A stretch of 64,000 bases of DNA from Dehalococcoidia bacterium (GTDB lineage Bacteria; Chloroflexota; Dehalococcoidia; GIF9; UBA5629): the NCBI GenBank assembly GCA_050011565.1, contig JBEKIW010000001.1, positions 96,001 through 160,000 on the forward strand. The letters run 5' to 3'. The translations under genes were made by a program, and so were the position numbers. Positions within the stretch are counted from its first letter, which is position 1. Each line of letters opens with the position of its first letter. Positions 28,644 to 38,317 of this stretch are shown one piece after another. A model generated the notes under the pieces. The model was not told where the DNA came from. It saw nothing but the letters and a program-made list of their open reading frames with translations, and ran no database searches.

Positions 28644-29411
28644 ATGGATTTTTCCCTGGATGAATTCTCTTTGAAAGGCAAAGTGGCGCTGGTAACCGGC
28701 GGCAGCCGGGGCATTGGGAAGGCTATTGTAATTGGACTGGCTAAGGCGGGTGCCGACGTGGCTTTAGCCAGTCGGAAATTGCCGGACCTCGAGGAAGTAG
28801 CCAAAGAGGTAAAAAGCACGGGTAGAAAGTCATTGGCTGTAGCGGCACATATAGGCAAGATTGAGGAAATAAACAATCTGGTCAATAAGGTCAAGGAAGA
28901 GTTTGGCAAAATCGATATACTGGTAAATAATGCAGCTACCAACCCGACCATGGACCAGGCTATTGATGTAGAGGAGCGTGCCTGGGACTCCATCATGAAT
29001 CTAAACATGAAGGGGCTGTTCTTTTTGAGCCAGGCGGTGGCCAGAGTGATGAAGGAACAAGGTGGCGGCAAGATTATCAATGTTGCCTCTGTAGCCGGTA
29101 TTAGCCCTGACTTACTGCCGATTTACTCCATAAGTAAAGCCGGCGTGATAATGGCCACAAAGGTCATGGCACAGCAATGGGCTCAGTACAATATAAGAGT
29201 GAACGCTATAGCACCGGGGCTGACCAGGACCCGCTTCAGCGAAGCGCTGTGGGGAAATCAGGATATTTTGCAAGGCGCCATGCTGGGAATTCCCCTGCGG
29301 CGCGTAGCTGAACCCGAGGAGATGGTTGGAGCTGTGATTTTCCTGGCTTCAGATGCTTCCAGCTATGTAACCGGTCAGGTTCTAGCCGTAGACGGCGGCG
29401 CAATGATATAA
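28644..29411 (+). CDS. Short-chain dehydrogenase/reductase (paralog of 24462)
   Basis: TGGSRGIG, NNAA, YSISK. Confidence 0.92.
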   Translation: MDFSLDEFSLKGKVALVTGGSRGIGKAIVIGLAKAGADVALASRKLPDLEEVAKEVKSTGRKSLAVAAHIGKIEEINNLVNKVKEEFGKIDILVNNAATNPTMDQAIDVEERAWDSIMNLNMKGLFFLSQAVARVMKEQGGGKIINVASVAGISPDLLPIYSISKAGVIMATKVMAQQWAQYNIRVNAIAPGLTRTRFSEALWGNQDILQGAMLGIPLRRVAEPEEMVGAVIFLASDASSYVTGQVLAVDGGAMI

Positions 29412-29416
29412 GGAGG

Positions 29417-30205
29417 ATGGTAATGAAATTCGAGACAATTCTTTATGAGAAAAAGGACAACGTTGCCTGGATAACTCTAAACCGGCCTGATAAGTATAAT
29501 GCTCAGAACCAGATATTACGAAACGAGGTTGTGGCTGCATTGGAGGACGCTAAGGACGACGACGCGGTGCTGGTTATCGTTCTCACCGGAGCCGGCGATA
29601 AGGCCTTCAGCGCCGGTGCCGATATCAGCAATTTTCTTGACTGGACAACAATCAGCGTCATCACATCGAACAAGGGTGCCAAGCGGCCGTATAATTTCAT
29701 AAGGGAAATTCCCAAGCCGGTCATAGCCATGGTTAACGGTATGGCTTTAGGCGGTGGCTGTGAACTGGCCATGTCATGTGACATGATTATAGCCTCGGAC
29801 AATGCTCGATTCGGGCAGCCGGAGATAAGCGTCGGTGTCATACCCGGCGGCACCGGGACACAGATTTTGCCCAGGCTGGTAGGTGAAAAGAAGGCGCGGG
29901 AGATGATTTTCACCGGCGACCCCATTTCCGCCGAAGAAGCTCTGCGCTTCGGGCTGGTGAATAAAGTTGTTCCCGCGGACAAGCTGAAAGAGACAGTTGA
30001 AGAGCTAATTAAGAAACTTAAAAGCAAGAGCCCGGCAATATTGAAATTCGCTAAACTGGCGGTCAATAAGTCTTTAGAGACGCCGCTTTCGGTCGGCATC
30101 GAGTGCGAAGCAGACCTGTTCGCCATGTGCTTTGGCACCCAGGACCAGAAAGAAGGCGCCAAGGCTTTCTTTGAGAAGCGGCCGGCCAAGTATACGGGGA
30201 AATAG
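29417..30205 (+). CDS. Enoyl-CoA hydratase/crotonase
   Basis: AFSAGADI, GGGCE, FGQPEI...PG. Confidence 0.92.
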   Translation: MVMKFETILYEKKDNVAWITLNRPDKYNAQNQILRNEVVAALEDAKDDDAVLVIVLTGAGDKAFSAGADISNFLDWTTISVITSNKGAKRPYNFIREIPKPVIAMVNGMALGGGCELAMSCDMIIASDNARFGQPEISVGVIPGGTGTQILPRLVGEKKAREMIFTGDPISAEEALRFGLVNKVVPADKLKETVEELIKKLKSKSPAILKFAKLAVNKSLETPLSVGIECEADLFAMCFGTQDQKEGAKAFFEKRPAKYTGK

Positions 30206-30213
30206 GTTTAAGT

Positions 30214-30274
30214 AAGATTACAGCGATTTGACAAGATTACAGCGATAATGGCACGAATAAAATCTCCGTAATCT
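30214..30274. repeat. Short direct plus inverted intergenic repeat
   Basis: AAGATTACAGCGAT twice (19-bp period), then inverted AATCTCCGTAATCT. Confidence 0.55.
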
Positions 30275-30284
30275 CAATATCAAA

Positions 30285-30671
30285 TTATTCGTCTCTTCTT
30301 AGTCTCTGTCTTTCTATCTTATACAGGGTGGCATCGCCGATGCCGAAGTGGTGGGCAATTTCGTGCTGAACCACCCTGCCGATTTCAGCTTCGATTTCTT
30401 TGTTGGAGCGGCACTGCAGCTCGATGGGCTTCTGAAATATGGTTATCTTGTCCGGCAGGACAAGGTTGTAGCCGCTGTCACGCTTTGTCTGAGGTACCCC
30501 TTCATAAAGGCCGAGCAATTGCGCCTTATTTCTGAGTTTTAGTTGACTGATTTGCTGCGGGCTGGGCCAGTCTTCAACCAGCACATCGACATTTTCCAGT
30601 TTGCTTTTGAACTCAGCCGGCAGTGTCTCGATGGCCCTGAAGACCAGTGTTTCAAATTCTTGCCTTTCCAT
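30285..30671 (-). CDS. Zincin-like metallopeptidase (DUF1025 type)
   Basis: LLGLYEGVP, PDKITIFQ, HEIAHHFG. Confidence 0.88.
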   Translation of the reverse strand: MERQEFETLVFRAIETLPAEFKSKLENVDVLVEDWPSPQQISQLKLRNKAQLLGLYEGVPQTKRDSGYNLVLPDKITIFQKPIELQCRSNKEIEAEIGRVVQHEIAHHFGIGDATLYKIERQRLRRDE

Positions 30672-30769
30672 ATAGCCATTATACACCGCTGTAATCTCAT
30701 AGCCTAACAATCAGCCGCTTGAGGGATAAGGTTGACTAGATAGTCTTTAGGGGATAAAATCAGCCTGTT

Positions 30770-33217
30770 ATGTCTGATGCTAAATACAATCCACATGAAA
30801 TAGAAAAGAAATGGCAGGATAAATGGACGGCTGACCGACTATATGAGGTCAAGGATGACGATAGCCGCCCTAAGTTTTATGCCCTAACCATGTTCCCATA
30901 TACCTCCGGCGACCTTCACATCGGACACTGGTATGCAATGGCGCCATCTGACGTCCAGGCTAGGTTCAAGCGGATGCAGGGATATAATGTGCTCCATCCT
31001 ATGGGTTTCGATGCCTTCGGACTGCCGGCGGAAAACGCGGCTATTAAACACGGCATTCATCCCTATATCTGGACGATGGAAAATGTCGAAAACATGCGGC
31101 GCCAACTCAGGAGCATCGGGGCCATCTATGACTGGAGCCGTGAGGTGGTTACCTGCCTTCCCGAATACTATAAGTGGACTGAGTGGTTTTTCCTCAAGCT
31201 ATACGAAGCGGGCCTGGCTTACCGGGCTAAGGCGCCCGTAAACTGGTGTCCCACATGCCAGACAGTACTGGCGAATGAACAGGTCGTCGGCGAAGGCGTG
31301 TGCGAACGCTGCGGCACTGCCGTTATCCGGAAGATGCTGGAGCAGTGGTTTTTCCGGATTACTAAGTATGCCGATGAGCTTCTGGATTTTAGCAAAATAG
31401 ACTGGCCCGAGCGCATAGAGATAATGCAAAACAACTGGATCGGCAAAAGCACGGGCGCCGAGATTTCCTTTGGGCTGGAGCATAAAGGCGTCGATACCAA
31501 AGAGATAAGAGTATTTACTACCCGTCCAGACACTATCTTTGGAGTTACCTTTTTTGTCCTGGCACCGGAGCATCCGCTGGTCCCGCTGCTGACTACACCG
31601 GAGCATAAGGCTGAAGTGGAGGACTATATCCTTCAGACGCAGAGAAAAACCGAGATAGAAAGAACTGCCGCGGAAAGAGAAAAGGCCGGTGTCTTCCTGG
31701 GTAGCTATGTCATTAACAAGCTGAACGGCCAGCCGGTGCCCATCTGGATTACCGATTACGTGCTGCTCAGCTACGGCACCGGTGCCGTCATGGGTGTGCC
31801 GGCACACGACCAGCGCGACTTCAAGTTTGCCAAAAAATACGGGCTGCCTATCCGGGTGGTTATCGCCCCTCCGGGGTGGTCCGGTGAGGAATTGGAATGC
31901 GCTTACACAGAAACCGGGACCATGGCAAACTCCGGACAGTTTGACGGCCTGCCCAGCGCCCAAGGGTTCGAGGCTATCTGCGATTACATGGAGAAAAAGG
32001 GTTTGGGGAAGCGGACTGTCACCTACAGGCTTCGTGATTGGCTTATCTCCCGACAGCGCTACTGGGGAGCTCCGATTCCCATGATTTATTGCGATAAATG
32101 TGGCATTGTCCCCGTGCCGGAGAAGGATTTACCCGTTTTGCTGCCGCCTGATGCCGAGTTCAAGCCCACGGGTGAGTCGCCGCTGAAATACTGCGAGTCT
32201 TTCGTTAACACCACCTGCCCGAAATGTTCCGAGCCGGCGAAGCGGGAGACTGACACCATGGACACCTTTATGTGCTCCTCGTGGTATTTCCTGCGCTACA
32301 CCAGTCCCGGTGTTGATAAACATCCCTTTGATAAGGCCAAGCTTAAACACTGGATGCCGGTTGACCTGTACACCGGCGGCGCCGAGCATGCGGTGATGCA
32401 CCTTCTCTATTCCCGCTTTTTTATCAAGGCGATTAGAGACATGGGGCTGGTTAATTTCGATGAGCCCTTCACAAAGCTGTTCAACCAAGGGACGATAATC
32501 TATCAGGGCGATAAGATGAGCAAGTCACGGGGCAATGTAGTCACGCCCGACGTCTACGTATCTGACATTGGGGCTGATGCTGTTCGGGCTTACCTCATGT
32601 TTATCGGGCCCTGGGAGCTGGGTGGTGAGTGGAGCGACCAGGGCATTGTGGGTATGAGCCGCTGGGTGAACCGCGTTTGGAACCTGGTAACAGCCGGTTA
32701 TGCGGTGAAAAAGCTTGACCCGGATGCGGAAAAAGAGCTGAGCCGGTTAATTCACCAGACCATCAAGAAAGTGACCAATGACATGGAGCGGTTCCGCTTC
32801 AATACCATGCTGGCGGCGCTGATGGAGTTTACCAACTATCTGGGCAAGGTGCAGGATGCAGGCACAGTTTCTGTTTCTTTATGGAACGAGGCTGTGGCCG
32901 ATTTGCTGCTGCTTCTGGCACCGACGGCACCGCACCTTACCGAGGAGCTGTGGGAAAAGACAAACCATGCTTACAGCATTCACAATCAGTCGTGGCCTAA
33001 ATGGGACGAGGAGCTGGCCAAAGAAGAAGAGGTGACGTTGGTCATTCAGGTCAACGGCAAGATAAGGGATAGGGTTACCGTTCCCGTATCCATCACCGAA
33101 GCTGAAGCCAAAGAGCTGGCCTTGAGCAGCGAGCGCATAAAAGATTACCTCAAAGACAACAACGTCGCCAAAATCATCTACGTCCCCCAGCGGCTGGTTA
33201 ATATAGTGGTGGGATAA
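30770..33217 (+). CDS. leuS: Leucine--tRNA ligase
   Basis: HIGH and KMSKS motifs, CP1 editing domain. Confidence 0.98.
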   Translation: MSDAKYNPHEIEKKWQDKWTADRLYEVKDDDSRPKFYALTMFPYTSGDLHIGHWYAMAPSDVQARFKRMQGYNVLHPMGFDAFGLPAENAAIKHGIHPYIWTMENVENMRRQLRSIGAIYDWSREVVTCLPEYYKWTEWFFLKLYEAGLAYRAKAPVNWCPTCQTVLANEQVVGEGVCERCGTAVIRKMLEQWFFRITKYADELLDFSKIDWPERIEIMQNNWIGKSTGAEISFGLEHKGVDTKEIRVFTTRPDTIFGVTFFVLAPEHPLVPLLTTPEHKAEVEDYILQTQRKTEIERTAAEREKAGVFLGSYVINKLNGQPVPIWITDYVLLSYGTGAVMGVPAHDQRDFKFAKKYGLPIRVVIAPPGWSGEELECAYTETGTMANSGQFDGLPSAQGFEAICDYMEKKGLGKRTVTYRLRDWLISRQRYWGAPIPMIYCDKCGIVPVPEKDLPVLLPPDAEFKPTGESPLKYCESFVNTTCPKCSEPAKRETDTMDTFMCSSWYFLRYTSPGVDKHPFDKAKLKHWMPVDLYTGGAEHAVMHLLYSRFFIKAIRDMGLVNFDEPFTKLFNQGTIIYQGDKMSKSRGNVVTPDVYVSDIGADAVRAYLMFIGPWELGGEWSDQGIVGMSRWVNRVWNLVTAGYAVKKLDPDAEKELSRLIHQTIKKVTNDMERFRFNTMLAALMEFTNYLGKVQDAGTVSVSLWNEAVADLLLLLAPTAPHLTEELWEKTNHAYSIHNQSWPKWDEELAKEEEVTLVIQVNGKIRDRVTVPVSITEAEAKELALSSERIKDYLKDNNVAKIIYVPQRLVNIVVG

Positions 33218-33256
33218 GGCTGGCAAGCCGTACCTGCGGAATCGATAATTATAGCG

Positions 33257-33898
33257 ATGAAGATCGTATTAATAATTATACTGGTCATTCTGGCCTTTCC
33301 TATCTTTTGGGTGACCGTGGCTAAGATAGTGAGGAAGCTGGTGCATTTTCCGGCGCCGGCGTTTATCGGACATCTGCTGGACAGTGGTTACCGAAGGAGG
33401 ATACAACCGCCGTCTCAGTTGATAGAGCGCAGCGGGATAAAGAAAGGTATGCAGGTTCTGGACCTCGGCTGCGGCAGCGGGGCTTTTACACCTTTTATTG
33501 CCCGGACGGTCGAAAAGAAGGGCAAGGTGTATGCTCTCGATATCCAGGCGGACATGTTGAAGCAGCTTGAAAGAAAGCTGTCCAAGCCTGAGAACAAGGA
33601 TATTAAGAACATTAAGCTTATCAAGGGCAATGCCTATGAGCTGCCGTTAGGTGACAACTCCCTGGATTTGGTTAATATGGTAACTGTTCTTCAGGAGATA
33701 CCCGATAGAAACAAGGCTTTGCAGGAAGTCAAAAGGGTATTGAAACCGGGAGGTTTATTGGCTGTTACCGAACTGTTCCCCGACCCGGACTATCCGTGGA
33801 AGTCTACTACCATCAAGTTAGGCGAGCGGTCCGGTTTTGTGGTAGATAAGGTGTCGGGGAATTTCTTTAATTACACCGTGCGGTTTAAGAAGCTGTAA
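33257..33898 (+). CDS. Class I SAM-dependent methyltransferase with N-terminal TM segment
   Basis: VLDLGCGSG, ALQEVKRVLKPGG. Confidence 0.88.
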   Translation: MKIVLIIILVILAFPIFWVTVAKIVRKLVHFPAPAFIGHLLDSGYRRRIQPPSQLIERSGIKKGMQVLDLGCGSGAFTPFIARTVEKKGKVYALDIQADMLKQLERKLSKPENKDIKNIKLIKGNAYELPLGDNSLDLVNMVTVLQEIPDRNKALQEVKRVLKPGGLLAVTELFPDPDYPWKSTTIKLGERSGFVVDKVSGNFFNYTVRFKKL

Positions 33899-34037
33899 GA
33901 TTGCCACGCGGAGTTTATCCTGAGCGGAAATTCTTCGACAAGCTCAGAATGAGCGGATTAAGGGCTCAGGATGACATGAGGCGAAGGGCTCGCAATGACG
34001 ATAGGGCATTTCACCCTCTTCCGTCGAGGGAGAGGGA
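33898..34037. repeat. Nested REP-like composite
   Basis: AGATTGCCACG...[ATCCTGAGC..CTTCGACAAGCTCAG..GCTCAGGATGACA]...CTCGCAATGAC, then CCCTCTTCC..GGGAGAGGG. Confidence 0.75.
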
Positions 34038-34077
34038 AATCGAAAAGTAGCTCTCTGGCGTGTTAGAATAAGGGGCG

Positions 34078-34743
34078 GTGGATATAGAGGCAAATATCCG
34101 GGAAGTGAAAAGGCGTATGGCGCGGGCTTGTGAGCGAAGCCGCAGGTCGCCTGATGAAATAACGCTGGTGGCGGTTACCAAGGCGTTTGAGTCGCAGGCA
34201 ATAAGGGCGGCTTTCGATTCGGGAATAAGAGATTTCGGCGAGAACCGGGTTCAGGAGGCAGAAGGGAAGATAGCACAGCTTTCAGACTTAAGGTCGTCTG
34301 TTACCTGGCATATGGTGGGGCATCTCCAGAGCAACAAGGCTAAGATTGCCGTGGAGCTATTTGACATAATCCACAGCGTGGATTCCGTAAATCTGGCTGG
34401 TATTTTAAGCCGGCGGCTGGACAGGCCATTGCCAGTCTTGCTCGAGGTCAATGTTTCCGGAGAAGTGACAAAGGTCGGGTTCTCTTTGGGCGAGCTTGTA
34501 GCGGCAGTAAAGGAGATAGGGCAGTTACCTAATCTAAAACTGATGGGGCTTATGACCGTGGCGCCCGTGGCGGCTGAGCCTGAAGCAGTCAGGCCTGTGT
34601 TCCGGAAGCTGCGAGAGCTTCGAGATTCTCTGGGACTTAAACATCTGTCCATGGGTATGACCGATGATTTTGAGGTGGCGGTTGAGGAGGGGGCGACCAT
34701 GCTCAGGATAGGTCGAGCTATTTTTGGTGAGAGGAGGCAATAA
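34078..34743 (+). CDS. yggS: YggS-family PLP homeostasis protein
   Basis: LVAVTK, FGENRVQE, GHLQSNK, LSMGMTDDF, RIGRAIFG. Confidence 0.95.
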   Translation: MDIEANIREVKRRMARACERSRRSPDEITLVAVTKAFESQAIRAAFDSGIRDFGENRVQEAEGKIAQLSDLRSSVTWHMVGHLQSNKAKIAVELFDIIHSVDSVNLAGILSRRLDRPLPVLLEVNVSGEVTKVGFSLGELVAAVKEIGQLPNLKLMGLMTVAPVAAEPEAVRPVFRKLRELRDSLGLKHLSMGMTDDFEVAVEEGATMLRIGRAIFGERRQ

Positions 34744-35543
34744 TGAAGATAAGTTTTATCGGCGGCGGCATGATGGGGGAAGCCATAATTAAGAGCCTGC
34801 TGGCAAAAAAAGTGGCTAAGCCTGCTGATATCACCGCCAGCGATGTTAGCCAAGTCCGGCGTGAGGTATTAAAAAAGAATTATGGTATCAAGACTGTGGC
34901 CAACAATAAAGAAGCGGTTAAGGGGGCTGAAGTGGTGCTCCTGGCAGTTAAGCCTCAGGAGCTGGGCAAAATGCTCGGCGAACTGAAAGGTCTATCGTCT
35001 CAGCAACTGGTATTGTCCATAGTGGCCGGGGCTACCTTGGAGACCCTGCATGAAGGGCTGGGCCATTCCCGCTTGGTCCGGGCGATGCCTAACATGCCGG
35101 CCCAGATCGGTGAAGGCATGACGGTGTGGACGGCTACCGCCGAGGTAAATCAGAAGCAGAAGGAGATGGCGCAGTCCATTCTGGCTGCTCTGGGTAAGGA
35201 AATCTATGTCAGCAGCGAGAAATACATAGATATGGCGACGGCATTGAGCGGCAGCGGTCCGGCGTATGTTTTCCTTATTATTGAGGCGCTGGTAGATGCC
35301 GGTGTACACATAGGTATGCCCCGTGACATGGCTGAAAAGCTAGTGGTACAGACCGTGCTGGGTTCAACACGAGCCGTAGAGGTAATGGGTAAGCATCCCG
35401 CCGAACTGAAAAACATGGTGACATCTCCTGGAGGGACCACCACAGAAGGACTATTGCAATTGGAGACGGGCGGATTGCGCTCATTGCTGCTACAGGCGGT
35501 CATTGCTGCCTACCACAAGGCTAAAAGTTTGGGCGGCAAATAA
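34743..35543 (+). CDS. proC: Pyrroline-5-carboxylate reductase
   Basis: GGGMMG, RAMPN, SGSGPAY, VTSPGGTT. Confidence 0.96.
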   Translation: MKISFIGGGMMGEAIIKSLLAKKVAKPADITASDVSQVRREVLKKNYGIKTVANNKEAVKGAEVVLLAVKPQELGKMLGELKGLSSQQLVLSIVAGATLETLHEGLGHSRLVRAMPNMPAQIGEGMTVWTATAEVNQKQKEMAQSILAALGKEIYVSSEKYIDMATALSGSGPAYVFLIIEALVDAGVHIGMPRDMAEKLVVQTVLGSTRAVEVMGKHPAELKNMVTSPGGTTTEGLLQLETGGLRSLLLQAVIAAYHKAKSLGGK

Positions 35544-35591
35544 GACAACAACCGTTCTATTTCCGCTATAAGTTATTTGTAGATATCCGCG

Positions 35592-35702
35592 TGTCATTCT
35601 GAGCGTAGCGAAGAATCTCATTAAATTTCTAATCTATCGAGATTCTTCGGTCACTTTGTTCCCTCAGAATGACAGACAGGGAAGGGCTCCCTTAGAATGA
35701 CA
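35592..35702. repeat. Palindromic REP-like element with an extra half-site
   Basis: tgtcattctgagcgtagcgaagaatctc...gagattcttcggtcactttgttccctcagaatgaca...cttagaatgaca. Confidence 0.88.
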
Positions 35703-35740
35703 ATTACGGAATTCAAAATGACACATAAAGTTTCAGAATT

Positions 35741-36568
35741 ATGGGAAGCAAAAGACTGAACGTTAAGGATCGCGGTCACAGCGGGCGTTCTCGGTTCGAC
35801 CTGGAATGGGATGACGAGCGACTTTTCCCCGAGGTGGTTTACCCCGATGCGGATTTCCTATTCCGGAGGATGAACGAAGCTACTCTGGAGAGCGTAGGAG
35901 CTATGCAGGGCGAAATGATACTGGATATCGGCTGCGGCAGAGGTATCGATGGCGTGGAGTTGGCTAAGAAAGGCGCCGTGATTGTCGGCCTCGAGCCGTC
36001 GATGGTGATGATAAGTCATGCCATGAACCACATTTCCGAAAACGGAGCCAACATGAGTCTGATCCGTGGGATAGGAGAAAATTTACCGTTCCGAGCTCAG
36101 TCTGCGGACAAGGTGGTGTGCAAGGGGGCCCTGGACCATTTTCCGGAGCCGGCCGTGGTCATAGAGCAGATTACTATGGTTCTTAAGCCCGAGGGGAAGG
36201 CGATAATAGCTATAGCTAACTTTGATAGCCTTGGATTCAGATTGGGTAGGGTGGTGTGGCGGCTCAGGAAAATGCTCGGTTTCAAACCACCGGCGGGTAG
36301 AATGCCCTGGGAGATACCGGAGGACCATACATACAGGTTCGATTATTCATTTCTTAAACGCCTGGTAGGTAATTGCCTTGAAGTGGAACAGATTTCCGGC
36401 GTTTCACTGCTTTTTGGGCTGCCCTGGTGGGGTATGTTTCTGGCTAAGTTCCCCCGGAATATGTCGCTTGCCATATTAAACTCGCTGGATAAAGTGGCTC
36501 GCCATCTTCCTTCGCTCAGCGATGTCATTGTGCTCAGGTGTAGACCGAGTAATGACAGAGGAAGGTAA
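35741..36568 (+). CDS. Class I SAM-dependent methyltransferase
   Basis: ILDIGCGRG, LPFR, ALDHF...VLKPEG. Confidence 0.85.
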   Translation: MGSKRLNVKDRGHSGRSRFDLEWDDERLFPEVVYPDADFLFRRMNEATLESVGAMQGEMILDIGCGRGIDGVELAKKGAVIVGLEPSMVMISHAMNHISENGANMSLIRGIGENLPFRAQSADKVVCKGALDHFPEPAVVIEQITMVLKPEGKAIIAIANFDSLGFRLGRVVWRLRKMLGFKPPAGRMPWEIPEDHTYRFDYSFLKRLVGNCLEVEQISGVSLLFGLPWWGMFLAKFPRNMSLAILNSLDKVARHLPSLSDVIVLRCRPSNDRGR

Positions 36569-36577
36569 TCGCCGTAA

Positions 36578-37297
36578 TCACGTTACAGTATGCACTTTGC
36601 GGGCGTAGAGGACCAGGCTTTTGGAAAAGAATTTATTGAGAAAGTTATCGATAAGGCGGACGGGTTTGGTGTTCTTGTATATGTCCCATACCAGGAACTT
36701 GTGGTACAGAGCAGGGATTAGTGCCTTTTCGTTTTCTACTCCGAAAAAAGAGCGGGATATCCAATAGAAGGAATGTAAGGCGTGTTTGCGGCGGACGGCG
36801 AAGAGGTAGAGATTGTGGTGCTTTAGCTTAGATACGATTTCACCAGCTTTGTATATCCTGATATGGCCTCCTGGCTTACCGTGATAATCTCCGGACAATT
36901 TCCAGCAGATGGTTTCGGGGAGATAGGAAGGCACGCTGACGGCGAGCGTGCCTCCGTCTTTCAACACTCTGACCAGCTCCTTAATAGCCTGGTGGTCATC
37001 GAGGATATGTTCCAGGACTTCGGAGCAGATGATTTTGTCGAAGGAGGCGTCCCTGAAGGGCAGGCTAGTTATATTCCCTCTGGTGAGAAGCCACTTTCCC
37101 CTGACCTCTCCCTTTTGTTCCATGAGATAAAGGGCATAGTGAGCTTTTTTGAGGTTCTCCTCCTCGATATCCAGGGCATAAACCAGGCAATCATTTCGCT
37201 TGCAGGCCTCCCAGCTGTGTCTGCCCTCGCCGCAGCCGACGTCTAGAACTCGCTCGCCATCTTTTATTCCCATGAGGTCATAATCGACGGTAAGCAT
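36578..37297 (-). CDS. Class I SAM-dependent methyltransferase (type 11)
   Basis: VLDVGCGEGRH, LPFRDASFDKIICSEVLEHI. Confidence 0.88.
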   Translation of the reverse strand: MLTVDYDLMGIKDGERVLDVGCGEGRHSWEACKRNDCLVYALDIEEENLKKAHYALYLMEQKGEVRGKWLLTRGNITSLPFRDASFDKIICSEVLEHILDDHQAIKELVRVLKDGGTLAVSVPSYLPETICWKLSGDYHGKPGGHIRIYKAGEIVSKLKHHNLYLFAVRRKHALHSFYWISRSFFGVENEKALIPALYHKFLVWDIYKNTKPVRLIDNFLNKFFSKSLVLYARKVHTVT

Positions 37298-37345
37298 TCA
37301 CGGTGTCCTTGGTGTACCAAGCGGTTGAGAATTTAACTTCCAGTA

Positions 37346-37457
37346 TGTCATTGCGAGCGAAGCAATCTGAATATTTCACCCTCACCCTAACCCTCTCCCG
37401 TCAAGGGAGAGGGAAAAGTGGAGAGTTTAGCTTTGTTGTTAGTAATTCTCGCAATGA
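37346..37457. repeat. TGTCATTGCGAG-type palindrome enclosing a CCCTCACCCTAACCCTCTCCC..GGGAGAGGG hairpin
   Basis: tgtcattgcgagcgaagcaatct...ccctcaccctaaccctctcccgtcaagggagaggg...ctcgcaatga. Confidence 0.8.
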
Positions 37458-37473
37458 TACAAGTGCGGTCTGG

Positions 37474-37740
37474 TTAAGTAGCTTCCGGAGTTTTGCCCGG
37501 ATTCTGTTTCTTCCACTTTTCCAGGAGCTGTTCCTTGCTTTCTTTATGAGCAGGGTCTGCAACGCAGCAGTCTACAGGACAAACCTCAGCACATTTAGAG
37601 GAAGCATACCAGCCAACGCACTCAGTGCACTTGGCAGGGTCGATGACATATATCGATTCCCCTTCTTTGATGGCCTGGTTTTTACATTCTGGTTCGCAGG
37701 CCCCGCAGCTAATGCATTCATCTGTGATTTTGTAAGCCAT
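37474..37740 (-). CDS. 2x[4Fe-4S] ferredoxin (YfhL type)
   Basis: CISCGACEPEC, CTECVG...CAEVCPVDC. Confidence 0.92.
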   Translation of the reverse strand: MAYKITDECISCGACEPECKNQAIKEGESIYVIDPAKCTECVGWYASSKCAEVCPVDCCVADPAHKESKEQLLEKWKKQNPGKTPEAT

Positions 37741-37819
37741 TTGTTAAACTTGACCTCCTTAGATTTTATTAAGACAACTATCTTCTATTGGCTTATTAAG
37801 CTGGGATACGTACGCGTTT

Positions 37820-38314
37820 TCAGGGCCGGGAAAATTCGGGTGCAAACTTCCTTTTCAGCGCTTTGGCGACATGGTCCGGTACCATTTGTTCAAGGCAGCC
37901 GCCCAGCTGGGCCACCTCTTTAAGCAGGCTGGAGCTAAGGAATTGATATTGCAAGCTTGCCATGAAACAGACCAGTTCCAGTTCGGGTGCCAGCTTTTTA
38001 TTCATCATGGCCATTTCAAACTCACGTTCAAAATCGGAACTCATCCTCAGCCCTCTGACCAAAACTTGCGCCCTCACCTTCTTAGCGAAATCGACGGTGA
38101 GCCCAGAATAAGGTTGGGCCTTGGCATTCTTTAAATGTGCTACGGACTGCTGAATCATTTGCACTCTCTCTTCAGTGGAGAAAAGAAGCCTTTTCTCAGG
38201 TCTGTCATAAACACCGACTATTAGTTCGTCGAATATCGCTGAAGCGCGTTTGATGATGTCCAGGTGTCCGAGAGTTATAGGGTCGAAGCTGCCGGGATAA
38301 ATTGCGATAGCCAA
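37820..38314 (-). CDS. coaD: Phosphopantetheine adenylyltransferase
   Basis: YPGSFDPITLGHLDII, RGLR..SDFE, SSS. Confidence 0.96.
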   Translation of the reverse strand: MAIAIYPGSFDPITLGHLDIIKRASAIFDELIVGVYDRPEKRLLFSTEERVQMIQQSVAHLKNAKAQPYSGLTVDFAKKVRAQVLVRGLRMSSDFEREFEMAMMNKKLAPELELVCFMASLQYQFLSSSLLKEVAQLGGCLEQMVPDHVAKALKRKFAPEFSRP

Positions 38315-38317
38315 TGT

